From NCBI GenBank assembly GCA_016937715.1, contig JAFGWA010000017.1, positions 3,227 through 67,226 on the forward strand: 64,000 bases of DNA, given 5' to 3'. The stretch is from Candidatus Goldiibacteriota bacterium (GTDB lineage Bacteria > Oederibacteriota > PGYV01). The notes under the pieces are model-generated. The model was not told where the DNA came from. It searched no databases and was given only the letters and a program-made list of their open reading frames with translations. The position numbers were made by a program, and so were the translations under genes. This document shows, piece after piece, positions 50,038 to 59,289 of the stretch (the stretch's first letter is position 1; each line of letters begins with the position of its first letter).

Positions 50038-52116
50038 TTAATAAGTGATCCAAGCGCCGGAAAAATCCTGGTCAGAAGAAGGCGGGGTCACTCCGGTAAT
50101 TTTTTTATAATACTTTAAAATGGTTGAAGCCGGATATGATACGTAAGAATAATAAGCATACAAATCATAGTCTGTATTTGCCGGCAGCATTATTTTATAT
50201 GCTCCGGTCCTTTCGGATACCATACCGTAAAACTGAATCTTTTTTCTTTTTAATGAAGTCTGAATTTTTTCATCGGCATTTACGCTGTCCAGGGAATAAA
50301 TATGGGGCGGAGTTGTAATGCTTGAAGGCTGCGCTATAATCATCGCGCCGTCCATTATATCATTTCCCACTCCGGGCGCGCTTATCTGAAGTTTGCCGGA
50401 AACTTCTTTTGCGTTAACCTGTACTGTAAAATTCTGATTTGGGGTAACATTGCCCTGTGTTACAAGAATTGAATAAATTGATTCTGCGCTTTCGTCCGGA
50501 TACGCCGCGTATGAAGAGGCTTCAGGAAATATGCGTACCACATTGTTGGTGCCGGCCCATACGCCGTCAAACTGATACTGGCCTGTTATGGTGTCAGAAG
50601 ACGCGCTTCCTACAAGCCTGCTGTATTCGCTGTAAGCCTGAAGGTTAATGGGGCCTGCGGGCGGCAGATTGGTGTCAAAGTCTATTAGCTGCCCGCTTAT
50701 ACTGCCGCTTGGATAAAAATAAAGTTTTACAACAGGCGGTGCCGCAGCCACTGATATAAATCTTGTGGGTTCTTCGGGCACGTAGTAATTGCCTGCGCCG
50801 GTTATTTTATAATTACCCACATCAACAAGAATTGTTGCAATTCCGGACACGGGCGCGGTGGTTGCAGTGTACATAACCGCGTCAGTGACAACGTTTTTTA
50901 AAACAATATTAATGTTGCCTATAGGAGTGGATTTATCCCTGGCATCCAGCGCCTGCACCATAAGGACCGCTGTATTGCCCGCCACAGGTTGTAAGGTGAT
51001 ATTGACGTTTGTGATATTTGAATTGTTATTTACGGCCACACGTGCGGGGTAAGCGCCGTAATAGGTCACGCCTGTGTCTTTGTGCGTAAATATGGCGGTT
51101 ATAGAGACAGAACCCACATCCGGATTGATGCCTGTAATAGAATAATCCCCGTGCGTGTCCGCGGTGGTGGTAAAAGATGTTCCGTCATCAGCGCGTATTT
51201 CACGCGATTCTTTTTTATAATCATTGACGTTTATTGGGTTGCCGGAAGAGTCCAGTATTGTACCTGATATTGATGCGTCCTGAATGTCCGGCGCGAAAAA
51301 ATTAACGCCGTTTACGTTATTTGTGGTTACTTCTATTATAACGGGATTATTTTCGTATTCTGCCCTTTCATAACCTTCGCCCTGTGTGTATAGTTTATAA
51401 GTTCCCGGCAGTACGTTATAAATTGTGTAGTATCCGCGTTCCTGTGGTGTGGTGGCTTCTGTCCCCACTTTAACGGAATACTGTGGAAAGCCTTCAACGT
51501 GGACATAACTTTTTGTGGCGTGGCCGGGAGGCGCCGGATTACAGTTTCCACAGTTACGTTCTTTTCTTAAAACTCTTCCTCTTATGGTGGCGCCTGACAT
51601 CTGACTTTCGGGATTTGAAACAAATGTTTCCAGTTCTGTAGTCCTGTCCATAAATCCGCCCGAAGCGCTTTTCACCTGATAGGCGATTATAACTCTAATT
51701 TTTTTCAGGTTTGATAACGGAAGGTCTGCCTGTGTGCGGCCCACAATATTGCCTTCGTCGTCTTCTTCCGCGTTCTGAACTATTTTATAAACTTTCATTT
51801 GTATTCCGCCTACCGGAAGAATATTGGACGGGTCAGCCGGGTTTCCCCAGGGGTTGGAATCACTTTCCAGTTTTGTAAGAGGGTAAGGAAGTAAATTATC
51901 CGGTGTAAGTTTAAGCGAACCGAAATTGTAACTTTTTATATTTTCAATATTTTCTGCCGCAATGTTAAAAGCATAGGTTTTTACGCGGGAGGCAAAAATA
52001 TCATTGTAAACCCTTGTGATAAGGTTTAAAGAACCCATTACTAAAAAGACAATTACAAAGGAAGCAATAATTACTTCTATAAATGTGAGGCCTTTAGAAT
52101 CTCTAAAAAGCTTCAT
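50038..52116 (-). CDS. giant prepilin-type protein (692 aa) with Ig-like/carboxypeptidase-regulatory-like domains (tip adhesin-like minor pilin)
   Basis: N-terminal SKG^LTFIEVIIASFVIVFLV prepilin motif; downstream Ig-like/CarboxypepD_reg-like segments (ASISGTILDSSGNPI...). Confidence 0.6.
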   Translation of the reverse strand: MKLFRDSKGLTFIEVIIASFVIVFLVMGSLNLITRVYNDIFASRVKTYAFNIAAENIENIKSYNFGSLKLTPDNLLPYPLTKLESDSNPWGNPADPSNILPVGGIQMKVYKIVQNAEEDDEGNIVGRTQADLPLSNLKKIRVIIAYQVKSASGGFMDRTTELETFVSNPESQMSGATIRGRVLRKERNCGNCNPAPPGHATKSYVHVEGFPQYSVKVGTEATTPQERGYYTIYNVLPGTYKLYTQGEGYERAEYENNPVIIEVTTNNVNGVNFFAPDIQDASISGTILDSSGNPINVNDYKKESREIRADDGTSFTTTADTHGDYSITGINPDVGSVSITAIFTHKDTGVTYYGAYPARVAVNNNSNITNVNITLQPVAGNTAVLMVQALDARDKSTPIGNINIVLKNVVTDAVMYTATTAPVSGIATILVDVGNYKITGAGNYYVPEEPTRFISVAAAPPVVKLYFYPSGSISGQLIDFDTNLPPAGPINLQAYSEYSRLVGSASSDTITGQYQFDGVWAGTNNVVRIFPEASSYAAYPDESAESIYSILVTQGNVTPNQNFTVQVNAKEVSGKLQISAPGVGNDIMDGAMIIAQPSSITTPPHIYSLDSVNADEKIQTSLKRKKIQFYGMVSERTGAYKIMLPANTDYDLYAYYSYVSYPASTILKYYKKITGVTPPSSDQDFSGAWITY

Positions 52117-52188
52117 ATAACCACTTCCTTTGCGGAGTTAAATCCATAGTAATTATATATATAAATAGAACTTATGTCAAGTATTTAG

Positions 52189-52899
52189 TCAGATTTTTGG
52201 TTTTAAATGCTTTCCTATTATAAGCATTATAACGGCTGAAAGGCAGGTTATTAAATTTAAAGTTAAAAAAAGCCACAGTTCCGCGCCGGAAACAGGCCTG
52301 GTGAATAAAATAAGCGAGTTTAAAACGCAGGACAATATCAGAAAAACCGCTGTTTTGTAATATGGTATTGTTTTAGTAAATTTAATAAGGACAATAAATA
52401 TAATAAAAAATGCCAGTGACTGGTATATTTGGGAGGGTAAAAGGGGGGCGCCGGAAAATTTTTCAAAAGCCGCTGATGTTTGGGGATAGAAAATTGTAAA
52501 GGTTTTCTGCGGGTCAGCCGGAATGCCGTAACAGCACCCTTTAAAAAGGCAACCTATTTTGGCAATTGAAAGCCCAAGCGCGGCTGCTGCCACAGAACTG
52601 TCAGAAGCGTGAAATAAATCCGTGCTGTATTTTTTAACTGCAGGTATTGAAACAAGAACGGCCAGAAAAATACCGGCGGAAAAAGAGGCGCCATGAATGC
52701 CGAAAATTTTTGGAATAAAAACCGCGCCTGTTATAAAAGCGGCGGCAAAAAAAAGCACATAAGCGTGTGTAATGTTTTTTTCTTTTTTTGTTTCGGTCAG
52801 CCCTGAAAAATAAAACACAAAACCTGACATAGATGCAATGATAATAAACAAAAGATATGAATCAAACTGTAAGTTTCCTATAGTTATTGTAGGTATCAT
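52189..52899 (-). CDS. lgt: prolipoprotein diacylglyceryl transferase
   Basis: Lgt blocks: N-terminal ITIGNLQFDSYLL (like IGP..IHWYGL), GIHGASFSAGIF (like GGMSFHGGLIG), AKIGCLFKGCCYG (like GRLGNFINGELWG), and LPSQIYQSL (like HPSQLYE). Confidence 0.65.
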   Translation of the reverse strand: MIPTITIGNLQFDSYLLFIIIASMSGFVFYFSGLTETKKEKNITHAYVLFFAAAFITGAVFIPKIFGIHGASFSAGIFLAVLVSIPAVKKYSTDLFHASDSSVAAAALGLSIAKIGCLFKGCCYGIPADPQKTFTIFYPQTSAAFEKFSGAPLLPSQIYQSLAFFIIFIVLIKFTKTIPYYKTAVFLILSCVLNSLILFTRPVSGAELWLFLTLNLITCLSAVIMLIIGKHLKPKI

Positions 52900-52995
52900 G
52901 AATAAAGTATAGCAGAAATAATATGTATTGAAAATAGCGATTACATGGCATATAATTTAAAATATATCAATAAACCTGCATTCAGGGAGACGAAG

Positions 52996-55581
52996 ATGAA
53001 AAAAGCATTATTAACTTCTGTTCTTTCATTATTATTATCACTTCCATTATCCGCCGCAATTACCGGGATTGATATTACAATGACACCCGCAAATCCGGCG
53101 CCGGGCGATCCGGTTGTGGTTACGCTTTATTATTGCGCCAACGCTTATGAAGCGGCTAATTTTATTCTTGCCTTTACTAACACAAGCACTTTGCGCCCGG
53201 ATGATTCACCCGGTCAGGTTTATCTTGTAAGCAGCGCAGGTATTAATAATCCTTCAAATGCGACAGGCGGCGGATATCAGGTTGCGCAGCAGTCAGCCGC
53301 TTATTGCCAGACTTTAACATGGAATCTTACAGTCCCAGGCAGCCTTGAACCGGGGGATACAATTTATGTTATAGCCGCAGGAAGGGCATACGATGTAAGG
53401 TATGACAGCATGGACAGTTCGGATTCAGTAAGTTTTACGGTTCCGCTTCCGCCCGCATCCGCTTCTTTGACAAAAACTGCGGAAGCAACAACTGTAATTC
53501 CGGGGGGAAATGTTTTATACACGCTTAATTACAGTTATGTAAATTCAAACAGCCTTGTAATTACCGATATGGTTCCTCCAAACTGCACTCTTTTGCAGAT
53601 AAGCCCGGGAGGCACAAACAGCGGAACTGCCGCAGGTTCATCATTATCATGGACTCTTCCTGCTACGGGAAAAAGAAAATCAGATATTGTATGGTTTCTT
53701 GTAAATGTGGACGCGGCTTTGGCTCCCGGCGCGACAATCAACAATTCCGCTGAATGGGCGCTGACAGACACTTTTAGTGCGGTTACAAACGGTATAAGCA
53801 ACGACACAACTGTGACGGTTATAAGGCCTTTTGCTTTTATAAAAAGCCAGCAACCCGTTACAGCACAGATGGGAGATACTGTAACTTATACCCTTAGCGT
53901 TTCTTTAACAGGTTACAGTCTTAATTTTTATGATTCTTTTGACACAAATCCTATAACCGGATATCATAATATCGGCGGGTCATGGAGCTGGATGAGTGAC
54001 GGCGCAGGAAGCGGATATTTGTATTCTCCATTGCAGTCTTCTTATCCGCAGTATTTAAGGGACACTCCTGTGGATTTTTGCGATGGTATTGTACAGGGCG
54101 ATATTTATGTGGGACCAGGAGGAAATGAAGACGGATTAATATCATTCAGGCACAGCAATACAAATCCGGCTCTTGCGTACGGTATCGGAGTTTCCGGAGA
54201 CCATCTTCCGGGAGACCTTTATCTTCAGAAAACAAATCCGGGAGTTGCGTTGCCATATTGCCCTGTCACATGGTGCAGCAACGCGCTGTCAGTAAGCGAC
54301 AGCAGGTGGTACACGGTTAAAGTTCAGGTAAACAGCCTGTCAGGCTATTCAACAGGGATTTGGGCAAAAGCATGGGCTAAGGGAGAACCCGAACCTGCGG
54401 CATGGATGATTGCCGTTACTGATACCGCAAACGCTACTTACACACAGATACCTGCGTGCGGATATGTGGGTTTTCAGGGGCATCCGGACAATTACAATTA
54501 TTATGATAATTTAAAAGTGATAAACGGAAATCCGATAGCATCCGGCGCTGTTATATTTGATACCGTGCCGGCGGAAATTACATATATTGATGGAACAGGC
54601 GCGCTTGCAGGCGTTCACGACGCGGCGGTTTATGATCCGGTTTCAGGTGTTGTAAGCTGGTTATACCCGGGGCTTCAGACGGATAAAGCAGACATCCTAA
54701 TATGGAGCGGGGTTATTAATTCATGCGGCCAGATAACAAATACAGGCGCGATAAAAGCGAATGATTTTAATCCTATAGTAAATTCAAACAGCGTTATGTA
54801 TGACATACCGTGCGGTACGCCTTCAATTACGCCGACTATTACCCCCACTTCCACAATTACAATTACAGTTACGCCCACAATTACAGTTACGGCAACGCCC
54901 ACAATGACTCCCACGCCAATTCTTCCGGTTCTTGTAATGTCCAAATCAGTCGCGCCGTCAAGCGCGGCCACAGGCGATACAATAACCTATACAATAAGGG
55001 CTTCCAATGTTACAGGGCTTATTGCCGCTGATAATGTAATTATCTGGGATACTCTGCCGCCAAAACACACTTATATAGCGGGCGGTACTTATGACGCGGT
55101 AAACAGGGTTGTGTCTTTCAGCACGGGAACCATACCTATGGGCAGTTATATTGATTATTCGTTCACTGCGATGCTTGATGATTCAATTAATAAAAATGAA
55201 AAATTTTATAATACCGCGCTTTCCAACTGCGACGCCGCGTCTTCCGCTTTTGTTTCAAACCAGACAACGCTTTCGGCAATTGTGCCCGACCTTGAACTTA
55301 AAAAAGACGTAACATATCCAAATCCGACCGATGGAGAGGCAATAATTGTTTTTCATCTGTCAGTGCGCGCGGATGTCACAATTAAAATTTTTACAATATC
55401 CGGTGAGACGATAAGAAAGATAGACGGTATAAACGGTGTCAAGGGAGTAAATAAAACATTGTGGGACGGCTTAAATGACGCGGGTGAACGTGTGTCATCC
55501 GGAGTTTATATTTATAAGATAGATGCCGTTAACGGGGACGAGAAAAAATACGTCTTTGGCAAAATGGCGGTTATGAAGTAA
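52996..55581 (+). CDS. large secreted surface protein with DUF11-like repeat domains, a Thr/Pro-rich linker and a T9SS-type C-terminal sorting domain (start chosen at the internal Met with RBS)
   Basis: Signal peptide MKKALLTSVLSLLLSLPLSAA (GGGAG RBS 6 nt upstream). The linker is PSITPTITPTSTITITVTPTITVTATPTMTPTP. The C-terminal about 90 aa (YPNPTDGEAIIVFHL...IKIFTISGE.IRKI....G.N...WDG.ND.GE.VSSGVYIYKI) matches the Por_Secre_tail / FlgD-Ig-like CTD. Confidence 0.7.
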   Translation: MKKALLTSVLSLLLSLPLSAAITGIDITMTPANPAPGDPVVVTLYYCANAYEAANFILAFTNTSTLRPDDSPGQVYLVSSAGINNPSNATGGGYQVAQQSAAYCQTLTWNLTVPGSLEPGDTIYVIAAGRAYDVRYDSMDSSDSVSFTVPLPPASASLTKTAEATTVIPGGNVLYTLNYSYVNSNSLVITDMVPPNCTLLQISPGGTNSGTAAGSSLSWTLPATGKRKSDIVWFLVNVDAALAPGATINNSAEWALTDTFSAVTNGISNDTTVTVIRPFAFIKSQQPVTAQMGDTVTYTLSVSLTGYSLNFYDSFDTNPITGYHNIGGSWSWMSDGAGSGYLYSPLQSSYPQYLRDTPVDFCDGIVQGDIYVGPGGNEDGLISFRHSNTNPALAYGIGVSGDHLPGDLYLQKTNPGVALPYCPVTWCSNALSVSDSRWYTVKVQVNSLSGYSTGIWAKAWAKGEPEPAAWMIAVTDTANATYTQIPACGYVGFQGHPDNYNYYDNLKVINGNPIASGAVIFDTVPAEITYIDGTGALAGVHDAAVYDPVSGVVSWLYPGLQTDKADILIWSGVINSCGQITNTGAIKANDFNPIVNSNSVMYDIPCGTPSITPTITPTSTITITVTPTITVTATPTMTPTPILPVLVMSKSVAPSSAATGDTITYTIRASNVTGLIAADNVIIWDTLPPKHTYIAGGTYDAVNRVVSFSTGTIPMGSYIDYSFTAMLDDSINKNEKFYNTALSNCDAASSAFVSNQTTLSAIVPDLELKKDVTYPNPTDGEAIIVFHLSVRADVTIKIFTISGETIRKIDGINGVKGVNKTLWDGLNDAGERVSSGVYIYKIDAVNGDEKKYVFGKMAVMK

Positions 55582-55610
55582 AGAGGGACGGATGCACAGA
55601 TGGTCGGATG
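55582..55610. repeat. copy of the GATGCACAGA-type intergenic repeat (plus orientation)
   Basis: agagggacggatgcacagatggtcggatg begins immediately after the stop codon. Confidence 0.55.
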
Positions 55611-55777
55611 CTAGGCTGAAGATAAATACACAAATACCCCTAAGTTCTATTTATGGTTTATGGGATATCAAGCTATTCGCTGATTATAAGCCATAGCCTA
55701 TAAATACAGATTAGATAAAAAAGTAATAATCAAAATATAAAACCGAAAAAACCATTTGTATCAAAAAGGAAAATCTG

Positions 55778-56782
55778 ATGAAAGAAAAAACATGTATCGC
55801 GCTTTTTTCGGGCGGTCTTGACAGCATGATTGCCGTAAAACTGCTTGAAAAACAGGGGATAAAAGTCATACCCGTTAATTTCAATATAGGCGTATTTTTT
55901 AAAAAATATATCAGGGAAAACGGGGAATTAAAATATAATAAGCCGCTTCCCGCGGGAATGAAAGTTTTGGTTGTTGATATTACAAAAGATTTTCTTAACA
56001 TGGTTAAAAATCCCCCTCACGGCTACGGCAAAAATATGAACCCGTGCATAGATTGCAAAATAATAATGATGCGTAAAGCAAAAGAGATGATGCAGGAACT
56101 TGGAGCCGGGTTTGTAATAACTGGAGAAGTGCTGGGGCAGCGCCCTATGACACAGAATTCACATTCAATTAATATGATAAAAAACGAATCCGGGCTTGAA
56201 GGGTATTTACTGCGTCCGCTGTCCGCAAAATTAATGGAACCCACAGAACCGGAAAAACTTGGCTGGGTGGACAGGGAACAGCTTTTAGATATAGAAGGAA
56301 GAAACAGGCAGCAGCAGATTAAGCTTGCTGTTGAGTTTGGAATTACGGATGTTATGGAAACGCCGGGCGGCGGATGCCTTTTAACCGATGAACATTACGC
56401 GGCAAGATTAAATGACCTTATACAGCACAATAAAGAAAAAGAGATAACGGAGCGGGATATGTTTCTGCTATCCGCCGGAAGGCATTTCAGAAAAAACGGC
56501 ATAAAGTTTATTATAGGAAGGCACAACGCGGATAATGAAAAATTGGAACAGGTAAAAGAAGGGGCAATGGTATTTGAAGTAATGGATATTCCCGGCCCGC
56601 TTGTCCTTACTTTTGACAGCCCTGATGAAGAGACAATAAGAGATATAGCCGCGTTTTCCGCCGGTTATACAAAGTTAATGGATAAAGACGAAGTAGCTGT
56701 CAAAATTATTAAGGATAATAATGAAAGGGTTATAAAAGTAAAACCGATAAACAGGGAAGAAGCGGAGAAATATAAAGTATAG
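55778..56782 (+). CDS. PP-loop ATP-pyrophosphatase of the ThiI/MnmA tRNA-thiolation type, lacking a THUMP domain
   Basis: PP-loop SGGLDS at residues 11-16; NPCIDCK; VITGEVLGQRPMTQ (like ThiI VTGEALGQVSSQT); RPLSAK...; catalytic-Cys-like PGGGCLL. A C-terminal extension of about 140 aa has unknown function. Confidence 0.6.
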   Translation: MKEKTCIALFSGGLDSMIAVKLLEKQGIKVIPVNFNIGVFFKKYIRENGELKYNKPLPAGMKVLVVDITKDFLNMVKNPPHGYGKNMNPCIDCKIIMMRKAKEMMQELGAGFVITGEVLGQRPMTQNSHSINMIKNESGLEGYLLRPLSAKLMEPTEPEKLGWVDREQLLDIEGRNRQQQIKLAVEFGITDVMETPGGGCLLTDEHYAARLNDLIQHNKEKEITERDMFLLSAGRHFRKNGIKFIIGRHNADNEKLEQVKEGAMVFEVMDIPGPLVLTFDSPDEETIRDIAAFSAGYTKLMDKDEVAVKIIKDNNERVIKVKPINREEAEKYKV

Positions 56783-56857
56783 CGGCTCGTTAGTTTGGTT
56801 TAGGTTTGGTAGGCGCACCCTTTCAGGGTGCGGCAGTTGATTTTAAATAAAATTCAA

Positions 56858-56880
56858 TTAAGCAATTAAGCAGAAGCGAA
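56858..56880. repeat. TAAGCAATTAAGCAGAAGCGAA intergenic motif, copy 2
   Basis: Exact 23-nt match to the copy at 60815-60837; followed 20 bp later by a TATGGGATA motif and then the NYN gene start. Confidence 0.5.
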
Positions 56881-56949
56881 ACAGATCTCGGTTTTTTGTA
56901 TATGGGATAGAGGGATACGGGTTAATTTTTATTAAAAAGGCAGGGATAC

Positions 56950-57333
56950 ATGAAAATTATTATTGACGGGTACAATTTAATGTACAGGGTGCGGTTCAAG
57001 GGGGTTACCCTTGAACAGAAACGTGAAGAGATGATGGATATGATAAAGGAATTTCTTGCGTTAAATCCAAATGAAGTGACGGTTGTGTTTGACGCGTCGC
57101 GTTCAATTTCCAACCACCGCGGGCATCAAAGATTCGGCGATATAAAAGCTGTTTTTTCCGGGCCCGGGGAATCTGCCGATGATATAATAGAAGAGATGAT
57201 AAGAAACAGGACAGGCAAGGCAAAAGACCATATGGTTATTTCCAGCGACAACAGGCTTATTAAGTACGCCATAGACAATCACTTCAAATCAATGACTTCG
57301 GATGAATTTGCGGAATACCTTGAACAGGATTAA
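56950..57333 (+). CDS. NYN-domain (YacP/Rae1-like) predicted ribonuclease
   Basis: MKIIIDGYNLMY...VTVVFDA....ADD.I....SDN motif arrangement typical of the YacP-like NYN domain. Confidence 0.55.
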   Translation: MKIIIDGYNLMYRVRFKGVTLEQKREEMMDMIKEFLALNPNEVTVVFDASRSISNHRGHQRFGDIKAVFSGPGESADDIIEEMIRNRTGKAKDHMVISSDNRLIKYAIDNHFKSMTSDEFAEYLEQD

Positions 57334-57354
57334 AACAATAAGCAGGAGGGTGTT

Positions 57355-58419
57355 ATGAAAAAATTTTTAATTATTGTGGTTATGCTTATAACAGCGTCTT
57401 TTGTTTTTGCCGCGGAGGACGACACTAAAAAATACGAAGATTCCTGGCTTATTCTTCCGCTGCCTTTATACTCCGAAGAAACAAGTTTAAAAGGGATAAT
57501 AACAGGGGCGTATTTTTACAATAAAAAACCGGATACTTTCTCGTCCAACATACAGTTGTACCTTTCGTACAGCTTAAAAAATCAGGTATCTGTTGAAGAA
57601 GAAGGGTGGCATTACTGGGATAATAATGAATACAAGCTGTACCACAACTCTTTTTATAAGAAATACCCTGATACTTTTTACGGGACAGGAAACAGCACAG
57701 GCGATGAAGACGCGGAGAAAGTTACATTTCAGATGTTAAAGTTTAAGGGTGAGTTTCATAAAAAAATCGCCGGAGTTCTTTACGGCGGGGTAAGGCTGGC
57801 ATTTGACAGTTTTGTCCTTCTTGAAGCGGAAAAAGGAGGCTTTATAGATAATAATATTTTTTACGGCAGCAGGGGCGGGTCATTTTTTTCGCAGGGTGTT
57901 GTTCTCTCTTATGATTCCAGGGATAATTCGCTGTATGCCATGGACGGGATTTATTCTTCTTTATACTGTGACTATTACGGGTTTGGCGCCGAGGAAGAAA
58001 ACAGGTTTTTAAAAATGGATTTTGATTACAGGCAGTATTTTAAAATTGCGGATAATCAGTCAATTGCCGCGGAATTTTTTACTGGAATAATATCGGGAAA
58101 TCCGCCTTTTCAGCTTATGGAGCAGTTTGGCGGCGATCATAAAATGCGCGGGTATTTTTACGGCAGGTACCGCGATAAATGCATGAGCTTTGTGCAGGCC
58201 GAATACAGGATAATGCCGTGGGAGCGTGTGGGTTTTGCCGTGTTTGCCGGAGCAGGAGATGTGTATCGGGATTCTCCCGCTGATATGAACGTTAAGTTCG
58301 CGGGCGGCGCGGGTGTAAGGATAGGCCTTGTGCCGGAAGAACGCGCCAATTTAAGGATTGACTTAGGCTACGGCCGCGACGGCCTTGCGTTTATCTTCTA
58401 CGCGTTTGAGGCGTTTTAG
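57355..58419 (+). CDS. outer-membrane beta-barrel protein (hypothetical)
   Basis: Signal peptide MKKFLIIVVMLITASFVFAA; alternating aromatic/hydrophobic strands; the C-terminus ends in ...YAFEAF (terminal Phe). Confidence 0.5.
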   Translation: MKKFLIIVVMLITASFVFAAEDDTKKYEDSWLILPLPLYSEETSLKGIITGAYFYNKKPDTFSSNIQLYLSYSLKNQVSVEEEGWHYWDNNEYKLYHNSFYKKYPDTFYGTGNSTGDEDAEKVTFQMLKFKGEFHKKIAGVLYGGVRLAFDSFVLLEAEKGGFIDNNIFYGSRGGSFFSQGVVLSYDSRDNSLYAMDGIYSSLYCDYYGFGAEEENRFLKMDFDYRQYFKIADNQSIAAEFFTGIISGNPPFQLMEQFGGDHKMRGYFYGRYRDKCMSFVQAEYRIMPWERVGFAVFAGAGDVYRDSPADMNVKFAGGAGVRIGLVPEERANLRIDLGYGRDGLAFIFYAFEAF

Positions 58420-58479
58420 AAATATATTTTAACTGTTGTATATAAGGGTTTTTAATAGTTTGATTCAAAAGAGGAATTA

Positions 58480-59289
58480 ATGAAAAAAGTTTTAATAGTA
58501 AGTTTTTTTACGTTTTTTAGTATCTGTGTTTTTGCGACGAATACAGAAGTTAAATATAAGTCAACTTGTGTCAAAGAAACATCATATCATTCATCAAATA
58601 ATAAAATTAATTTTAATGCAAAATCCGGTTATAAAGAAGAATATTTTGATTCAAACGGGATAAAAAGAATTGAAATCGTAAATTTTTCTCCGGATTTCTG
58701 GTATGAAAAATATTTTGATGCTGACGGTAATATATACAAATCAAAGGACAGGGAAGGTACTTTTTATTATGAAATGACAGAGGAAAAAGACAGTTTAATG
58801 AAAACAACCATCAAAAAAGATGAAGCCGGAGAGGTTATTGAGACCCTTATAACTATATATGACAAAAAAGGAAAAATAAAAGAACAATCCCGTGCTGATA
58901 ATCAAGGCAATACGATAAAAAGCTTTTTTTCGGAGTATAAAGAAGAGGAATATACAATTGACAGTAATGGGAATTCTGTTTTGTCAGAGTATTGTACAAT
59001 AGAAAAATTTAAAAAAGATAATTTTGTCTACATTGAAAAAAATTTAATACATGACAGGATGAGTGTTCGCGACGTGGAAAAGTATGATGGTAACAGACTG
59101 ATAAATTCAATTAGTGTGTTTTTTGGAATGTTGAAAGACATTTCATGTCAAACTAATTATTATTATGATACAGAAGGGCGTTTAGAACGTTCGGAACAAC
59201 TTGATTTAAACGGTGATTTAGATATTGCCAGTATTTTTGAGTATTCATTCTGGGATGATTCCACATTAAAAGAAGATAAGAAGTATTGA
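58480..59289 (+). CDS. secreted YD/MORN-like repeat protein, very AT-rich (hypothetical)
   Basis: Signal peptide MKKVLIVSFFTFFSICVFA; repeated motifs of the (F/Y)D.(N/D)G..... type (FDSNGIKRIE, FDADGNIYKS, IYDKKGKIKE, NYYYDTEGRLE). Composition is noticeably more AT-rich than its neighbours. Confidence 0.4.
   Translation: MKKVLIVSFFTFFSICVFATNTEVKYKSTCVKETSYHSSNNKINFNAKSGYKEEYFDSNGIKRIEIVNFSPDFWYEKYFDADGNIYKSKDREGTFYYEMTEEKDSLMKTTIKKDEAGEVIETLITIYDKKGKIKEQSRADNQGNTIKSFFSEYKEEEYTIDSNGNSVLSEYCTIEKFKKDNFVYIEKNLIHDRMSVRDVEKYDGNRLINSISVFFGMLKDISCQTNYYYDTEGRLERSEQLDLNGDLDIASIFEYSFWDDSTLKEDKKY

Noticed and set aside
52189-52899. Prepilin peptidase (PilD) adjacent to the pilin operon
   Set aside because: The sequence blocks match Lgt (prolipoprotein diacylglyceryl transferase) signatures (IGP-like N-terminus, G..SF.GG, GR/K-x-G-x-F-x-x-G-x-x-G, PSQ(I/L)Y) rather than the A24 peptidase Asp motifs or its N-terminal Cys tetrad.
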